A stretch of DNA of 15,919 nt from Planctomycetota bacterium. Lineage in GTDB: Bacteria; Planctomycetota; SZUA-567; H5-PLA8. A program made the translations under genes and the position numbers. Of this stretch, positions 7,475 to 15,394 are shown in pieces. The notes below the pieces were generated by a model. The model saw only the letters and a list, made by a program, of their open reading frames with translations, did no database searches and was not told the origin of the DNA. The number at the start of each line of letters is the position of its first letter. Position 1 is the stretch's first letter. The stretch spans positions 1 through 15,919 of the forward strand of contig BTVV01000136.1 of NCBI GenBank assembly GCA_045863855.1, read 5' to 3'.

Positions 7475-8599
7475 GTGAACGCTACGCCGCTTCCGTTCCT
7501 GACCTCGCGTTCCGCCCAGGCCCCCTTATGCGTGGGCGTCAAAACGCAGCCCGAAGATTTCGTCGTCGAGGAGCTTCCGCTGTACGCGCCCTCGGGTTCG
7601 GGCACTCACCTTTGGCTCTGGATCGAAAAACGGAACCTTTCGACGTTCGACGCGCTGCGCAAGCTCGCGCAAGCCCTCAAGAAGCGCCCCGCCGACGGCG
7701 GCTCGGCGGGACTTAAGGACACCAAGGGCCTCACCCGCCAGTGGCTCACCTTCGAACACGTCGCACCGGATCTGGAGCGTGCGGCGTCCGACGGCAAACT
7801 CGAACTGGGCGATCAACTCCGCGTGCTGCGCGTCACGCGCCACGCGAACAAGCTCAAGCGCGGGCATGCCGGCGGGAATCGCTTCGAGATCGTGCTGCGC
7901 GCCGAAGCTCCGGAAGCCTCGGCGAACCTGCGCGCCGAAGCGGAGCGCGTGCTGCAAGAGCTGCACCGGCGCGGGGTGCCGAACTATTTCGGACCGCAGC
8001 GCTTCGGCCGCGACGGGCAGAACGCGCACTTGGGCCGCCTGCTGGTGCGCGGGGAAACGGATGCGTATGCGGAAGCCGCACAAGCCGGCGGCTTGCGCGG
8101 TCCCCGCGCGCGCGACAAGAAGCTGACGAACCTCTTCGTGAACGCGTTCCAGGCCGAACTCTTCAACGCGGCCCTCGCGCGGCGCATGCCGGAGATCGAC
8201 GCGCTCTGGGACGGCGATCTGGCCTTCTTGCATCGCAACGGCGCGGTCTTCGCCGTGACGGAGGCCGCGGCCGAGCAGCCGCGCTGTACGGCGCTGGAAA
8301 TCAGCCCCAGCGGGCCGCTCTTCGGCCCGAAGCTGCTCTTTCCGGCAGGCAAGCAGGAAGCGATCGAACGCGCCGTGCTGGCCGATAGCGGCGTGACGCT
8401 GGACGACTTCGGGCGGCCGGAGGCTGGACGTCAGCCCGGCGCGCGCCGCCCGCTGCGCGTACCGCTGCTGGATGCGCCGCACCTCGAGTCGGCGCCGGAA
8501 GGTGTGCGCCTGGCTTTCGCCCTCCCGGCCGGGAGTTACGCCACCGTGGTGCTGCGCGAAATCGTTGGCGACGCGGCCGTCTCGGGTGCCCCGGAATGA
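7475..8599 (+). CDS. truD: tRNA pseudouridine(13) synthase
   Basis: PEDFVVEE, LWIEKRN, catalytic AGLKD..TRQW, GNRFEIVLR, GVPNYFGPQRFG and LPAGSYATVVLRE. The start (GTG 7475) is uncertain. Confidence 0.93.
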   Translation: MNATPLPFLTSRSAQAPLCVGVKTQPEDFVVEELPLYAPSGSGTHLWLWIEKRNLSTFDALRKLAQALKKRPADGGSAGLKDTKGLTRQWLTFEHVAPDLERAASDGKLELGDQLRVLRVTRHANKLKRGHAGGNRFEIVLRAEAPEASANLRAEAERVLQELHRRGVPNYFGPQRFGRDGQNAHLGRLLVRGETDAYAEAAQAGGLRGPRARDKKLTNLFVNAFQAELFNAALARRMPEIDALWDGDLAFLHRNGAVFAVTEAAAEQPRCTALEISPSGPLFGPKLLFPAGKQEAIERAVLADSGVTLDDFGRPEAGRQPGARRPLRVPLLDAPHLESAPEGVRLAFALPAGSYATVVLREIVGDAAVSGAPE

Positions 8600-9036
8600 G
8601 CGGGCAGCCGGCGCTGGTGCTGATTCCGCTGGGCTTGTGGATCGCGGCGGTAATCATGCGCTTCAGCGGGCAATTCAATCTTTTCAAACGCAGCGGCTGG
8701 CCGCGCGAACGGATCGAAGCTCACGACGCCGACTGCCGCGCGCGCACGCGCGGCGCCACCTGGGCGGCGACAGTCTGCCTGGCCGCCGCCGCGGCATTGG
8801 GCGGAATCGTACTGCTGGATCCTTCGCTTCCGGCCGGCCAGCGCGACGATACCGCGCTGGCGGCCTTCGTCGCCGCGCTGCTCGCCGCGGCTGCCGGGTC
8901 GCTGGCTTGCCTCGACCAGTTCCGCCTCGGCGTGGCCGCCTATCCGGCCGATTGCCGCCCCCTGCTCCGGCGGATTCTGTGGGGTGAACTCTGTTTTTAC
9001 GCGCTTTTCCCGGCGGCGGCGGGGGTGATGTTGTAA
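8596..9036 (+). CDS. Hypothetical membrane protein (about 4 hydrophobic segments)
   Basis: ATGA overlap with the truD stop codon, hydrophobic stretches, and host-like GC-rich codons. Confidence 0.65.
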   Translation: MSGQPALVLIPLGLWIAAVIMRFSGQFNLFKRSGWPRERIEAHDADCRARTRGATWAATVCLAAAAALGGIVLLDPSLPAGQRDDTALAAFVAALLAAAAGSLACLDQFRLGVAAYPADCRPLLRRILWGELCFYALFPAAAGVML

Positions 9037-9105
9037 GCGCTACGGAGGCAGGGGCTACCCATGGACCCCTGAAAGCGGTAGAATGCCTCGGAAGAGGATC
9101 GGGCG

Positions 9106-9411
9106 ATGAGTATCCGCGAACTGCTGCATTCGAAGCGCGAGGCCATCCTTGCGCTGGCTGCCAAGCACGGCGCCCGCAACGTCCGCGTTTTTGGCTCCGC
9201 CGTTCGAGGCGAAGAGCGCGAGGACAGCGATATCGATTTCCTGGTCGCTTTCGAGCCCACGGCCAGCTTGATGGATCATGCCGCGCTGCTTGCGGACTTG
9301 GAAACCCTCTTGGGACGCAAGGTGGATGTCGCTCCCGACGACCGATTGCGTCCACGCATCAAGGATCGAGTCCTGCGGGAAGCCGTACTTGTAGAATTGT
9401 TCACCTGTTAA
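9106..9411 (+). CDS. Minimal nucleotidyltransferase (MNT/MntA-type antitoxin family)
   Basis: Exact GSX10DXD motif (GSAVRGEEREDSDID), LETLLGRKVDV and VLREAV. GAGGA upstream. Confidence 0.92.
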   Translation: MSIRELLHSKREAILALAAKHGARNVRVFGSAVRGEEREDSDIDFLVAFEPTASLMDHAALLADLETLLGRKVDVAPDDRLRPRIKDRVLREAVLVELFTC

Positions 9412-9479
9412 CTTGGTGGCACGATTAGCAGTAGACAAATGCCGCCTAAAGTCATGAATAGGTCTTGGGTAGCTTACGC

Positions 9480-9977
9480 GTGACTGATCAACCACTAGCC
9501 TCCTACGACGAAATTAGGTTTGATGGGAAGCGTACCTTTACGCTTTACGCGGACTCGATCCTAATTAAAGGCGTTCACTCGCTCCAGTCCGAGTTCGAAA
9601 CTCGGATTATTCTTGATACCATCGATCCCAATCTTGAAATTCTGCGAATCCGGAACCCAAACTTTATCGCAGGTATCCGACTTTTTTTGGCTGCGGGAGC
9701 CATTTGGGCTGTACTGGTTTTTGGATTTAGATTTTCAGGGTATTCATTTCTTCCTGGATTGGCGGGAATGATTACCCTTGTTGGTTTTTTGCTGTCATTT
9801 TATACAAGAAAAAAAGTTGAATACGCCCGCTTTAAGAACCGCTCGGGAATGATTGTTTTGGATATCGCAAAGGCTGGGCGTGAAGTCCACAACTTTGAAG
9901 GCTTTGTCCAACAACTCACCCAACAAATTAAATCAGCTCGGGCGCACGCTAGCCCTAACCCCATTGGAACAAATTGA
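9480..9977 (+). CDS. Low-GC hypothetical membrane protein (2 central TM helices)
   Basis: Frame open from 9465; GTG 9480 chosen as start (uncertain). TM-like LFLAAGAIWAVLVFGF and LPGLAGMITLVGFLLSF. Hand-counted GC is 26/60 at 9601-9660 and 24/60 at 9721-9780. Confidence 0.7.
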   Translation: MTDQPLASYDEIRFDGKRTFTLYADSILIKGVHSLQSEFETRIILDTIDPNLEILRIRNPNFIAGIRLFLAAGAIWAVLVFGFRFSGYSFLPGLAGMITLVGFLLSFYTRKKVEYARFKNRSGMIVLDIAKAGREVHNFEGFVQQLTQQIKSARAHASPNPIGTN

Positions 9978-11117
9978 AGCATCGAAACCTTCGCTGCTTC
10001 CAGGATGCACAACCGCCCGCTCGATCCATCCGCCGCCCAGCACTTCCTCGCCCGAGTACAGCACCACCGCCTGACCCGGCGATACCGCGCGCAGCGGTTC
10101 ATCGAAGTGCACGCGAATCCCCTCGGCGCCTTGGGGCTCCACGCGGCAGCCGTGCGTGCGCGGCGAGTGCCGGATCTTCGCTTCGGCGCGGATCGCCTCC
10201 GCCGGCGGAGCGCCGGCGATCCAGTGCATCGCGCGCGCCTCCAGTCCGGGACTCCACAGCGCCTCGTCGGGCCCCAGGACCACGGCGTTGCGTTCGAGAT
10301 CCAGCTTCACCACGTACAACGGTTCGGTCCAGGCCACGCCCAAGCCCCGGCGCTGCCCGATCGTGTACCCGATCAGCCCGTCGTGCTTCCCGATCTCGCG
10401 CCCGTCGGCATGCAGGATCGGGCCGGGCGTGAATTGAGCGGGCGCTTTTTCGCGCAAAAAGCGGCGGTGATCCTTGTCTTTGACGAAGCAGATCTCCTGG
10501 CTGTCGGGCTTCTCGGCGACACGCAGGCCCAGTTCGCTCGCGATGCGCCGCACCTCCGGTTTCGGCAGATCGCCCACCGGGAAGTGCAGGTAGGCCAGTT
10601 CGCTTTGCGTCAGCGGAAAGAGGAAGTAGCTCTGATCGCGCGCCGGATCGACGCCGCGCAGCAGTTTATACGAACCGTCCGTGCCGCGGGCGATGCGCGC
10701 GTAATGGCCCGTGGCCAGCCGCTCGCAGCCCAGTTCGCGCGCCTTCAGCACCAAGCCCTTCGACTTGACGCGCTCGTTGCAGCGCACGCACGGGCTGGGC
10801 GTGCGCCCTTGCACGTAATCGTCTACGAACGAATCGATCACCAAGCGCGAGAAATCTTCGGCCATTTCGAGCGTGTAATGCGGGATGCCGAGGATCGCGC
10901 AGACGTCCTTCGCGTCGAGCACATCCTGCGGGCTGCAGCAAACGTCGCCGCGCGTCTTCTGCGCCAGCGCCGCTTCGTACGCCGCGCGTTCGGGGTTGGC
11001 CTGGCTGCAGACCCAAAGCTTCATCGTCAAACCGACGACGTCGTGCCCCTGAGCCTTGAGCACCGCCGCCGCGACGGACGAATCGACCCCTCCGGACATG
11101 GCTACGGCAACGCGCAT
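9933..11117 (-). CDS. mnmA: tRNA-specific 2-thiouridylase
   Basis: PP-loop SGGVDS, TPSPCVRCN, ATGHYA, DQSYFL, KPDSQEICF, YTIGQRRGLG and PGQAVVLY..LGGGWI. ATG 11117 follows GGGGAG. Confidence 0.97.
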   Translation of the reverse strand: MRVAVAMSGGVDSSVAAAVLKAQGHDVVGLTMKLWVCSQANPERAAYEAALAQKTRGDVCCSPQDVLDAKDVCAILGIPHYTLEMAEDFSRLVIDSFVDDYVQGRTPSPCVRCNERVKSKGLVLKARELGCERLATGHYARIARGTDGSYKLLRGVDPARDQSYFLFPLTQSELAYLHFPVGDLPKPEVRRIASELGLRVAEKPDSQEICFVKDKDHRRFLREKAPAQFTPGPILHADGREIGKHDGLIGYTIGQRRGLGVAWTEPLYVVKLDLERNAVVLGPDEALWSPGLEARAMHWIAGAPPAEAIRAEAKIRHSPRTHGCRVEPQGAEGIRVHFDEPLRAVSPGQAVVLYSGEEVLGGGWIERAVVHPGSSEGFDASICSNGVRASVRPS

Positions 11118-11209
11118 GGCGACTCTCCCCACGACATCTTCCAGAAATGGAAGTAGGTAGCAAGTCCTAAGCAGCGCGGGAATGCTGCGATTGGTTCAAA
11201 ACACCCGAC

Positions 11210-11971
11210 TTAATCGCATCGATTGCCAGCATGAATACAATAGCAGCTCGGGCAAATGTGGAATACGACTTGTACAAATGGGTTGTTCTTCTCGGGATGC
11301 TCCCGTGGCGCTAACATCGGCAGTCCATTCTTGGGGTTGCTGTAAACCGTGGCCAAAACTCGCATTCTTGGAGCACAAGCATTAGGACAGACAATGGTCT
11401 CAGCGCCTTGAATCAAATAGGGTAATCCGCCTAGTTGGTCACTTCGCATATCCAATGGGCTTTCTACTTCTCTCCCATAGTACGCCGAAAGCTCGCGCCG
11501 ATCGGAAGCAGTCATCCACGGCTTAATCATGCCCAAGGAGTCCTCAAATCCCTCCCCCATTACACCAAGCACGAGCAGCGCGCATTTTTCAACTTCATAG
11601 GGTATCCGTTGGATGCCTATGGGAATTCTATCAAAGACTTTGGGATAATTGGTATACGGAAAGTCATTGCTCGGCGCTCGCTTACTCGCATAGCCTTTAA
11701 ACTTAAAACCCTTTCGATCACCGATCTCGTAATAGAAATCGTTCCCGCAAGTCCAGCAAAAGTATAAAGATAGACGGGAAAAATCGGGCTGATGTAGCGC
11801 GGGGATCTTGGGATCACAGCAGTCGATACACCATAGCTGACCATACGGACGCTTGCAGACATCGCACTTCGCGTTGGCGTGGAAAGGCTCGCCGCCCATC
11901 CAATGTGTGGATTTCAAGGACTTGGATGGAGTCACCCGAAAGCCAGGCAACATAAAATAATAAGGTTCCAT
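11210..11971 (-). CDS. Low-GC Cys-rich protein, YwqG/DUF1963/PDCD2 (TYPP)-like duplicated domain
   Basis: Two repeats of GGxP..C-x2/3-C..hydrophobic strands..CxxC: MGGEP/CDVC/CWTC and LGGLP/CPNAC/CPSC. Starts 3 nt after the HAD stop codon. Confidence 0.6.
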   Translation of the reverse strand: MEPYYFMLPGFRVTPSKSLKSTHWMGGEPFHANAKCDVCKRPYGQLWCIDCCDPKIPALHQPDFSRLSLYFCWTCGNDFYYEIGDRKGFKFKGYASKRAPSNDFPYTNYPKVFDRIPIGIQRIPYEVEKCALLVLGVMGEGFEDSLGMIKPWMTASDRRELSAYYGREVESPLDMRSDQLGGLPYLIQGAETIVCPNACAPRMRVLATVYSNPKNGLPMLAPREHPEKNNPFVQVVFHICPSCYCIHAGNRCD

Positions 11972-11974
11972 TAC

Positions 11975-12628
11975 CTACCCCTTCAAATAACGCTGAACTT
12001 CCTCCATCTTGACTTCATCCCAATGCCCGTACATCCGCGTAGCCAGCGGCTTCAAGAGCGCCGGGTCGCACGACGGCACCACCAGGCTCGGCATACCCGC
12101 CGCAATAGCCGCCTTCACTCCAACCACCGTATCTTCGAAGACCACACAGTGCTTGGGCGTCGCGCCCACCAGTTCGGCGGCCTTCAAGAAAACGTCCGGA
12201 TGCGGCTTCCCGCGCGCCACCGATTCGCTCGAAAGGAGCCGCGTAAAGCAGCCCTGGATCCCAAGGTGTTCGGTGGCGATCTCGATGCCTTCCAGCGGGC
12301 TGCCGCTGGCGACGACCATCGGAGCGATGCCGTGCAGGCGCTTGACCAAATCCACCGCGCCCGGCATGGCGCTCACCGTGCCCTTGCGGTAGCTGCGCAC
12401 CAACGCATCGCGCCCATACCGCTGCGCTTCGGCCAGCGGCACCGTCGCGCCGGTCAGTTCGATGGCTTTGGCCGTCAGGTCGAACATGTTGAGTCCGCTG
12501 AAGTGCGCCGCGATCTCGTAGGATAAATCGCGCTTCAGAAACCCGAACAGGTCGATGACGGCTTCGCGCCAGACGTCGGCGCTGTGGACGAGGGTCTGGT
12601 CCATGTCGAAGAGCAGGGCGCTGGGCAT
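11975..12628 (-). CDS. HAD-superfamily phosphatase (subfamily IA, beta-PGM/CbbY-like)
   Basis: Motif I FDMDQTL, motif II VASGS, motif III KPHPDVF and motif IV FEDTVVG. Confidence 0.92.
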   Translation of the reverse strand: MPSALLFDMDQTLVHSADVWREAVIDLFGFLKRDLSYEIAAHFSGLNMFDLTAKAIELTGATVPLAEAQRYGRDALVRSYRKGTVSAMPGAVDLVKRLHGIAPMVVASGSPLEGIEIATEHLGIQGCFTRLLSSESVARGKPHPDVFLKAAELVGATPKHCVVFEDTVVGVKAAIAAGMPSLVVPSCDPALLKPLATRMYGHWDEVKMEEVQRYLKG

Positions 12629-12634
12629 CGCTCG

Positions 12635-12663
12635 ATTAAAAGGAGCCGCACGCGGGTACGCAA
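12635..12663 (-). promoter_or_regulatory. Putative sigma70-type promoter for a leaderless HAD transcript
   Basis: Minus strand reads TTGCGT-17 nt-TTTAAT, 6 nt before ATG 12628. No Shine-Dalgarno sequence. Confidence 0.45.
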
Positions 12664-12831
12664 GTGCTTCGCGCGAGTTTTCGGGCTTCGGGAGACTCGC
12701 CGAGTTGGGTATAAAGCCACCCGCGAAAGGCCTTTACCTATAAAGGTAGCGGCGCGCCTGGACGATTCCCAAGAGGTGCAAGACTGTCGCATCCGCGGCG
12801 CAGGCCGCCGCGTTCACGAGGGAGCCGTGGC

Positions 12832-15204
12832 ATGGCACGCGTCGTTTGTCCCAGTTGCAAAGCCGCCTTCGAAGCCGGCATCAGCCGCGAAGATTACGTA
12901 CTCAACTGCAGCGCCTGCGGGGTCGCCTTTAACGCCGCGCAGTACCTGCCCGATTCCGAATTCCGGGCCATCTGCGACCGCCGGCCGGGCGCGGGGACCA
13001 AGCTGAGCTACGACCGTGGCACCCGCGCGGCCGGAAACGTGATCCGCACGGTCAACACCGACTCCGGCACCCGTTCCGCCATTAACCCCGATACGCGCAC
13101 CGGCGGGCTGCCTTTCGACGACCATTCCGAGTCTTTTCGCGATCCGAAGCCCGTACCGGCGCCGCCCGCAGCGCCGGCCGATCCGTTCGGCGCGCGCGCG
13201 GCCGCCCGCTTCGTGCGCTACCGCGCTCAACAGGCCGAGCCGACGAAGTACGAGACGGTGGAAACGGTGGCCCTCGACGCCGCGCCGCCCGAACCCGCGG
13301 CGGCGCCCGACAAGCGCAACGGAAGCGACGCGCCGCACGCGCGGCCCAAGTCGTTCCTCGAAGCTTCCGTCACCACCGCGCGCTTCCGGGCGCTCAAATC
13401 GGAAGCCATCGAACCCAGCAAGCCCAGCACGCGCATGGCGCTGACCACCGGAACGCACCCGGCCGTCGAAGCGCCGCCGCCGAAGCCCGCTCCGGCGCCC
13501 GTACCGGTCATCGCCGATCCCGAAGTCCAAGCACCCCCGCCCTCCAGCGCTCAGATGAATCCGCTGGCGGCTTTCGAGGCCGTTGCGGCGGGCTTGTCCG
13601 CCCCGGCTCCGGCGTCTGCGGCCGTTCCCGCGAAAGAAAGCCAGCGCGGCAAGCGCCCCCCGCTCCTCGAAGGACGCTTCGGGCCGTACGAGATCGAAGG
13701 CGAGATCGCCCGTGGCGGCGTCGGCGCGGTCTTTAAGGCCAACGAACCCAAAGCCGGACGGCAAGTTGCGCTCAAGGTTCTTTTGGACGGCGAAGACGCC
13801 GACGAAGTCGAGTGCGAGCGCTTCCGGCGCGAGTGCGAGACGGCCAAAGCGCTCGCACTGCCCGGCATGATCGAGATTTACGACGTCGGCGAGATCGACG
13901 GCAAACCGTTCATGGCCATGGAGTTAGTCGAAGGTAAATCGCTCGACCGGCTGATCCGAGACGGCGGACTGGCGGTCCACGAGGGGCTGCTCCTGATGCA
14001 GTCCGTCGCCGATACGGTCGGTCGGCTGCATGAAGCCGGCTACGTCCACCGCGATCTGAAGCCGGGCAACATCTTGCTCGACCGCTACGGCACGCCAAAG
14101 GTGGCCGACTTCGGGCTGGTCAAATCGCTGGACGAAGTCACGCGCCTCACCGCCTCGGGGTTGGTCTGCGGAACGCCGGCCTACATGGCTCCCGAACAAG
14201 CCAAAGGCGACAGCAAAGCCATCGATCCGTGCACCGACGTGTGGGCTTTGGGCGCAGTGATGTACGAACTCTTCACCGGCCAGGCGCCGTTTCACGCCGA
14301 TAACGCGCTGCGCCTGATGCTCAAGATCACGAAAGAAGCGCCCAAACGGCCGGGGCTCCTGAATCCCAAAGTACCGCGCGATGTCGAAGCGATCGTGATG
14401 AAGTGCCTCGAGAAAAACCGCGAGCGGCGCTATCCCAACGGGCGCGCGCTCGCCGAAGACCTCAACCGCTTCCTGGCCGGTCAGCCGGTGGAAGCCGCGC
14501 GCGGCCAGAATGTAACCCAATTCTTCCGGGTCGTGCGCGAACATCGCAAAGTAGCCGCCATCGCCGGCGTGGGTTTAGCGGCGCTTCTGCTCGTAGGCGT
14601 GCTGGTGCGCGTGGCGCTCGCGCCGCAAGAAGCCGGATCGCTCACCGAAGACGGCTGGAAGGCCCTGCGCGAACAGCGCATCGCCGAGGCCGAAGCCGCC
14701 TTCCGGCGCGCTCTGGACCTCGACGCCAGCCAAGCGCAGGCCAGCTTGGGGCTGGCGCATATCCTGGGCTCCCGCAGCGTCGACCGCAATCAGCGCAAGA
14801 TTAAGGACGGCCCGGGCTTCAATGAAGCCTTGGGCCTGGCCGTTCGCGCCGCCGAACTCGCGCCCGAACTGCGCGCCGAAGCCGCGACTCAGCGCGGGCA
14901 GCTTTACATGTTCGCCGGACGCTACGCCGACGAAGTGCGCGAACGCGAAGTCGCCGTGGCCCTGCGCAGCGACAGCCCGCACTACTACCAAGCCTTGGGC
15001 TTGGCCTATTGGAACGTAGGCTTTCAGACGGGCAATCGTGAATACTACATGAAGGCCCAGCAAGCTTTCCGCACGGTCCTATCTCTCCAGCAAGACTACC
15101 CTCAAACCCGTGCCTACATGAAGCGGCTCCAAGAACAGTTCCTGGTGCAGCCGACTCTACCTTTAAGGATGCCTGCGGCCCGCGTTTCCGCGGCACCGCA
15201 GTAA
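12832..15204 (+). CDS. Membrane-anchored Ser/Thr kinase: Zn-ribbon, Pro/Ala linker, kinase, TM, TPR-like repeats
   Basis: CPSC..CSAC; IARGGVGAV, ALKVL, HRDLKPGN, DFGL and GTPAYMAPE; TM VAAIAGVGLAALLLVGVLV; TPR-like AEAAFRRALDLD and YYQALGLAYW. GAGGGAG upstream. Confidence 0.92.
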   Translation: MARVVCPSCKAAFEAGISREDYVLNCSACGVAFNAAQYLPDSEFRAICDRRPGAGTKLSYDRGTRAAGNVIRTVNTDSGTRSAINPDTRTGGLPFDDHSESFRDPKPVPAPPAAPADPFGARAAARFVRYRAQQAEPTKYETVETVALDAAPPEPAAAPDKRNGSDAPHARPKSFLEASVTTARFRALKSEAIEPSKPSTRMALTTGTHPAVEAPPPKPAPAPVPVIADPEVQAPPPSSAQMNPLAAFEAVAAGLSAPAPASAAVPAKESQRGKRPPLLEGRFGPYEIEGEIARGGVGAVFKANEPKAGRQVALKVLLDGEDADEVECERFRRECETAKALALPGMIEIYDVGEIDGKPFMAMELVEGKSLDRLIRDGGLAVHEGLLLMQSVADTVGRLHEAGYVHRDLKPGNILLDRYGTPKVADFGLVKSLDEVTRLTASGLVCGTPAYMAPEQAKGDSKAIDPCTDVWALGAVMYELFTGQAPFHADNALRLMLKITKEAPKRPGLLNPKVPRDVEAIVMKCLEKNRERRYPNGRALAEDLNRFLAGQPVEAARGQNVTQFFRVVREHRKVAAIAGVGLAALLLVGVLVRVALAPQEAGSLTEDGWKALREQRIAEAEAAFRRALDLDASQAQASLGLAHILGSRSVDRNQRKIKDGPGFNEALGLAVRAAELAPELRAEAATQRGQLYMFAGRYADEVREREVAVALRSDSPHYYQALGLAYWNVGFQTGNREYYMKAQQAFRTVLSLQQDYPQTRAYMKRLQEQFLVQPTLPLRMPAARVSAAPQ

Positions 15205-15366
15205 TGACGCACCCGTGCATAAAGATGGTTTGAAGGTCCAAAAGCTAAAAAATAGCGTTTCGGGATCGGGAGTCCCTTTCGATTGACCATCCAAATGACA
15301 CGTAACTCATTTACTCAAAAGCTTTTATACGAATATCCGAGGTGTTGGAAAAGAGGCAGATCACGC

Positions 15367-15394
15367 TTGACGGTTCAGGTAAGAGGGCTAGAAT
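15367..15394 (+). promoter_or_regulatory. Putative sigma70-type promoter for the downstream porin-like gene
   Basis: TTGACG-16 nt-TAGAAT, with AT-rich sequence upstream. Confidence 0.6.

Noticed and set aside
7234..7605. Small ORFs in the kinase/truD intergenic region (e.g. 7234-7605 minus, 7085-7303 plus)
   Set aside because: No motifs, no ribosome-binding site I could identify, and they overlap neighbouring genes.
9400..10000. Integron cassette/attC interpretation of the low-GC gene (GTTAACT near 9407, CCCTAAC near 9953, hairpin 9976-10000)
   Set aside because: The sites do not match GTTRRRY/RYYYAAC, there is no paired R/L box structure, and no integrase is in the window.
9976..10000. Intrinsic terminator for mnmA
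   Set aside because: The hairpin lies inside the mnmA reading frame and has only a weak U-tract (AATTTGTT).
11153..11978. 7-bp inverted repeat GTAGGTA/TACCTAC flanking the TYPP-like gene as possible element ends
   Set aside because: It is too short, does not extend, and has no target-site duplication or transposase. Compatible with chance.
15301..15331. CGTAACTCA motif, also at 7265-7273, as a shared binding site
   Set aside because: Only a 9-bp match in two places, with no convincing palindromic partner. Not distinguishable from chance without a genome-wide search.
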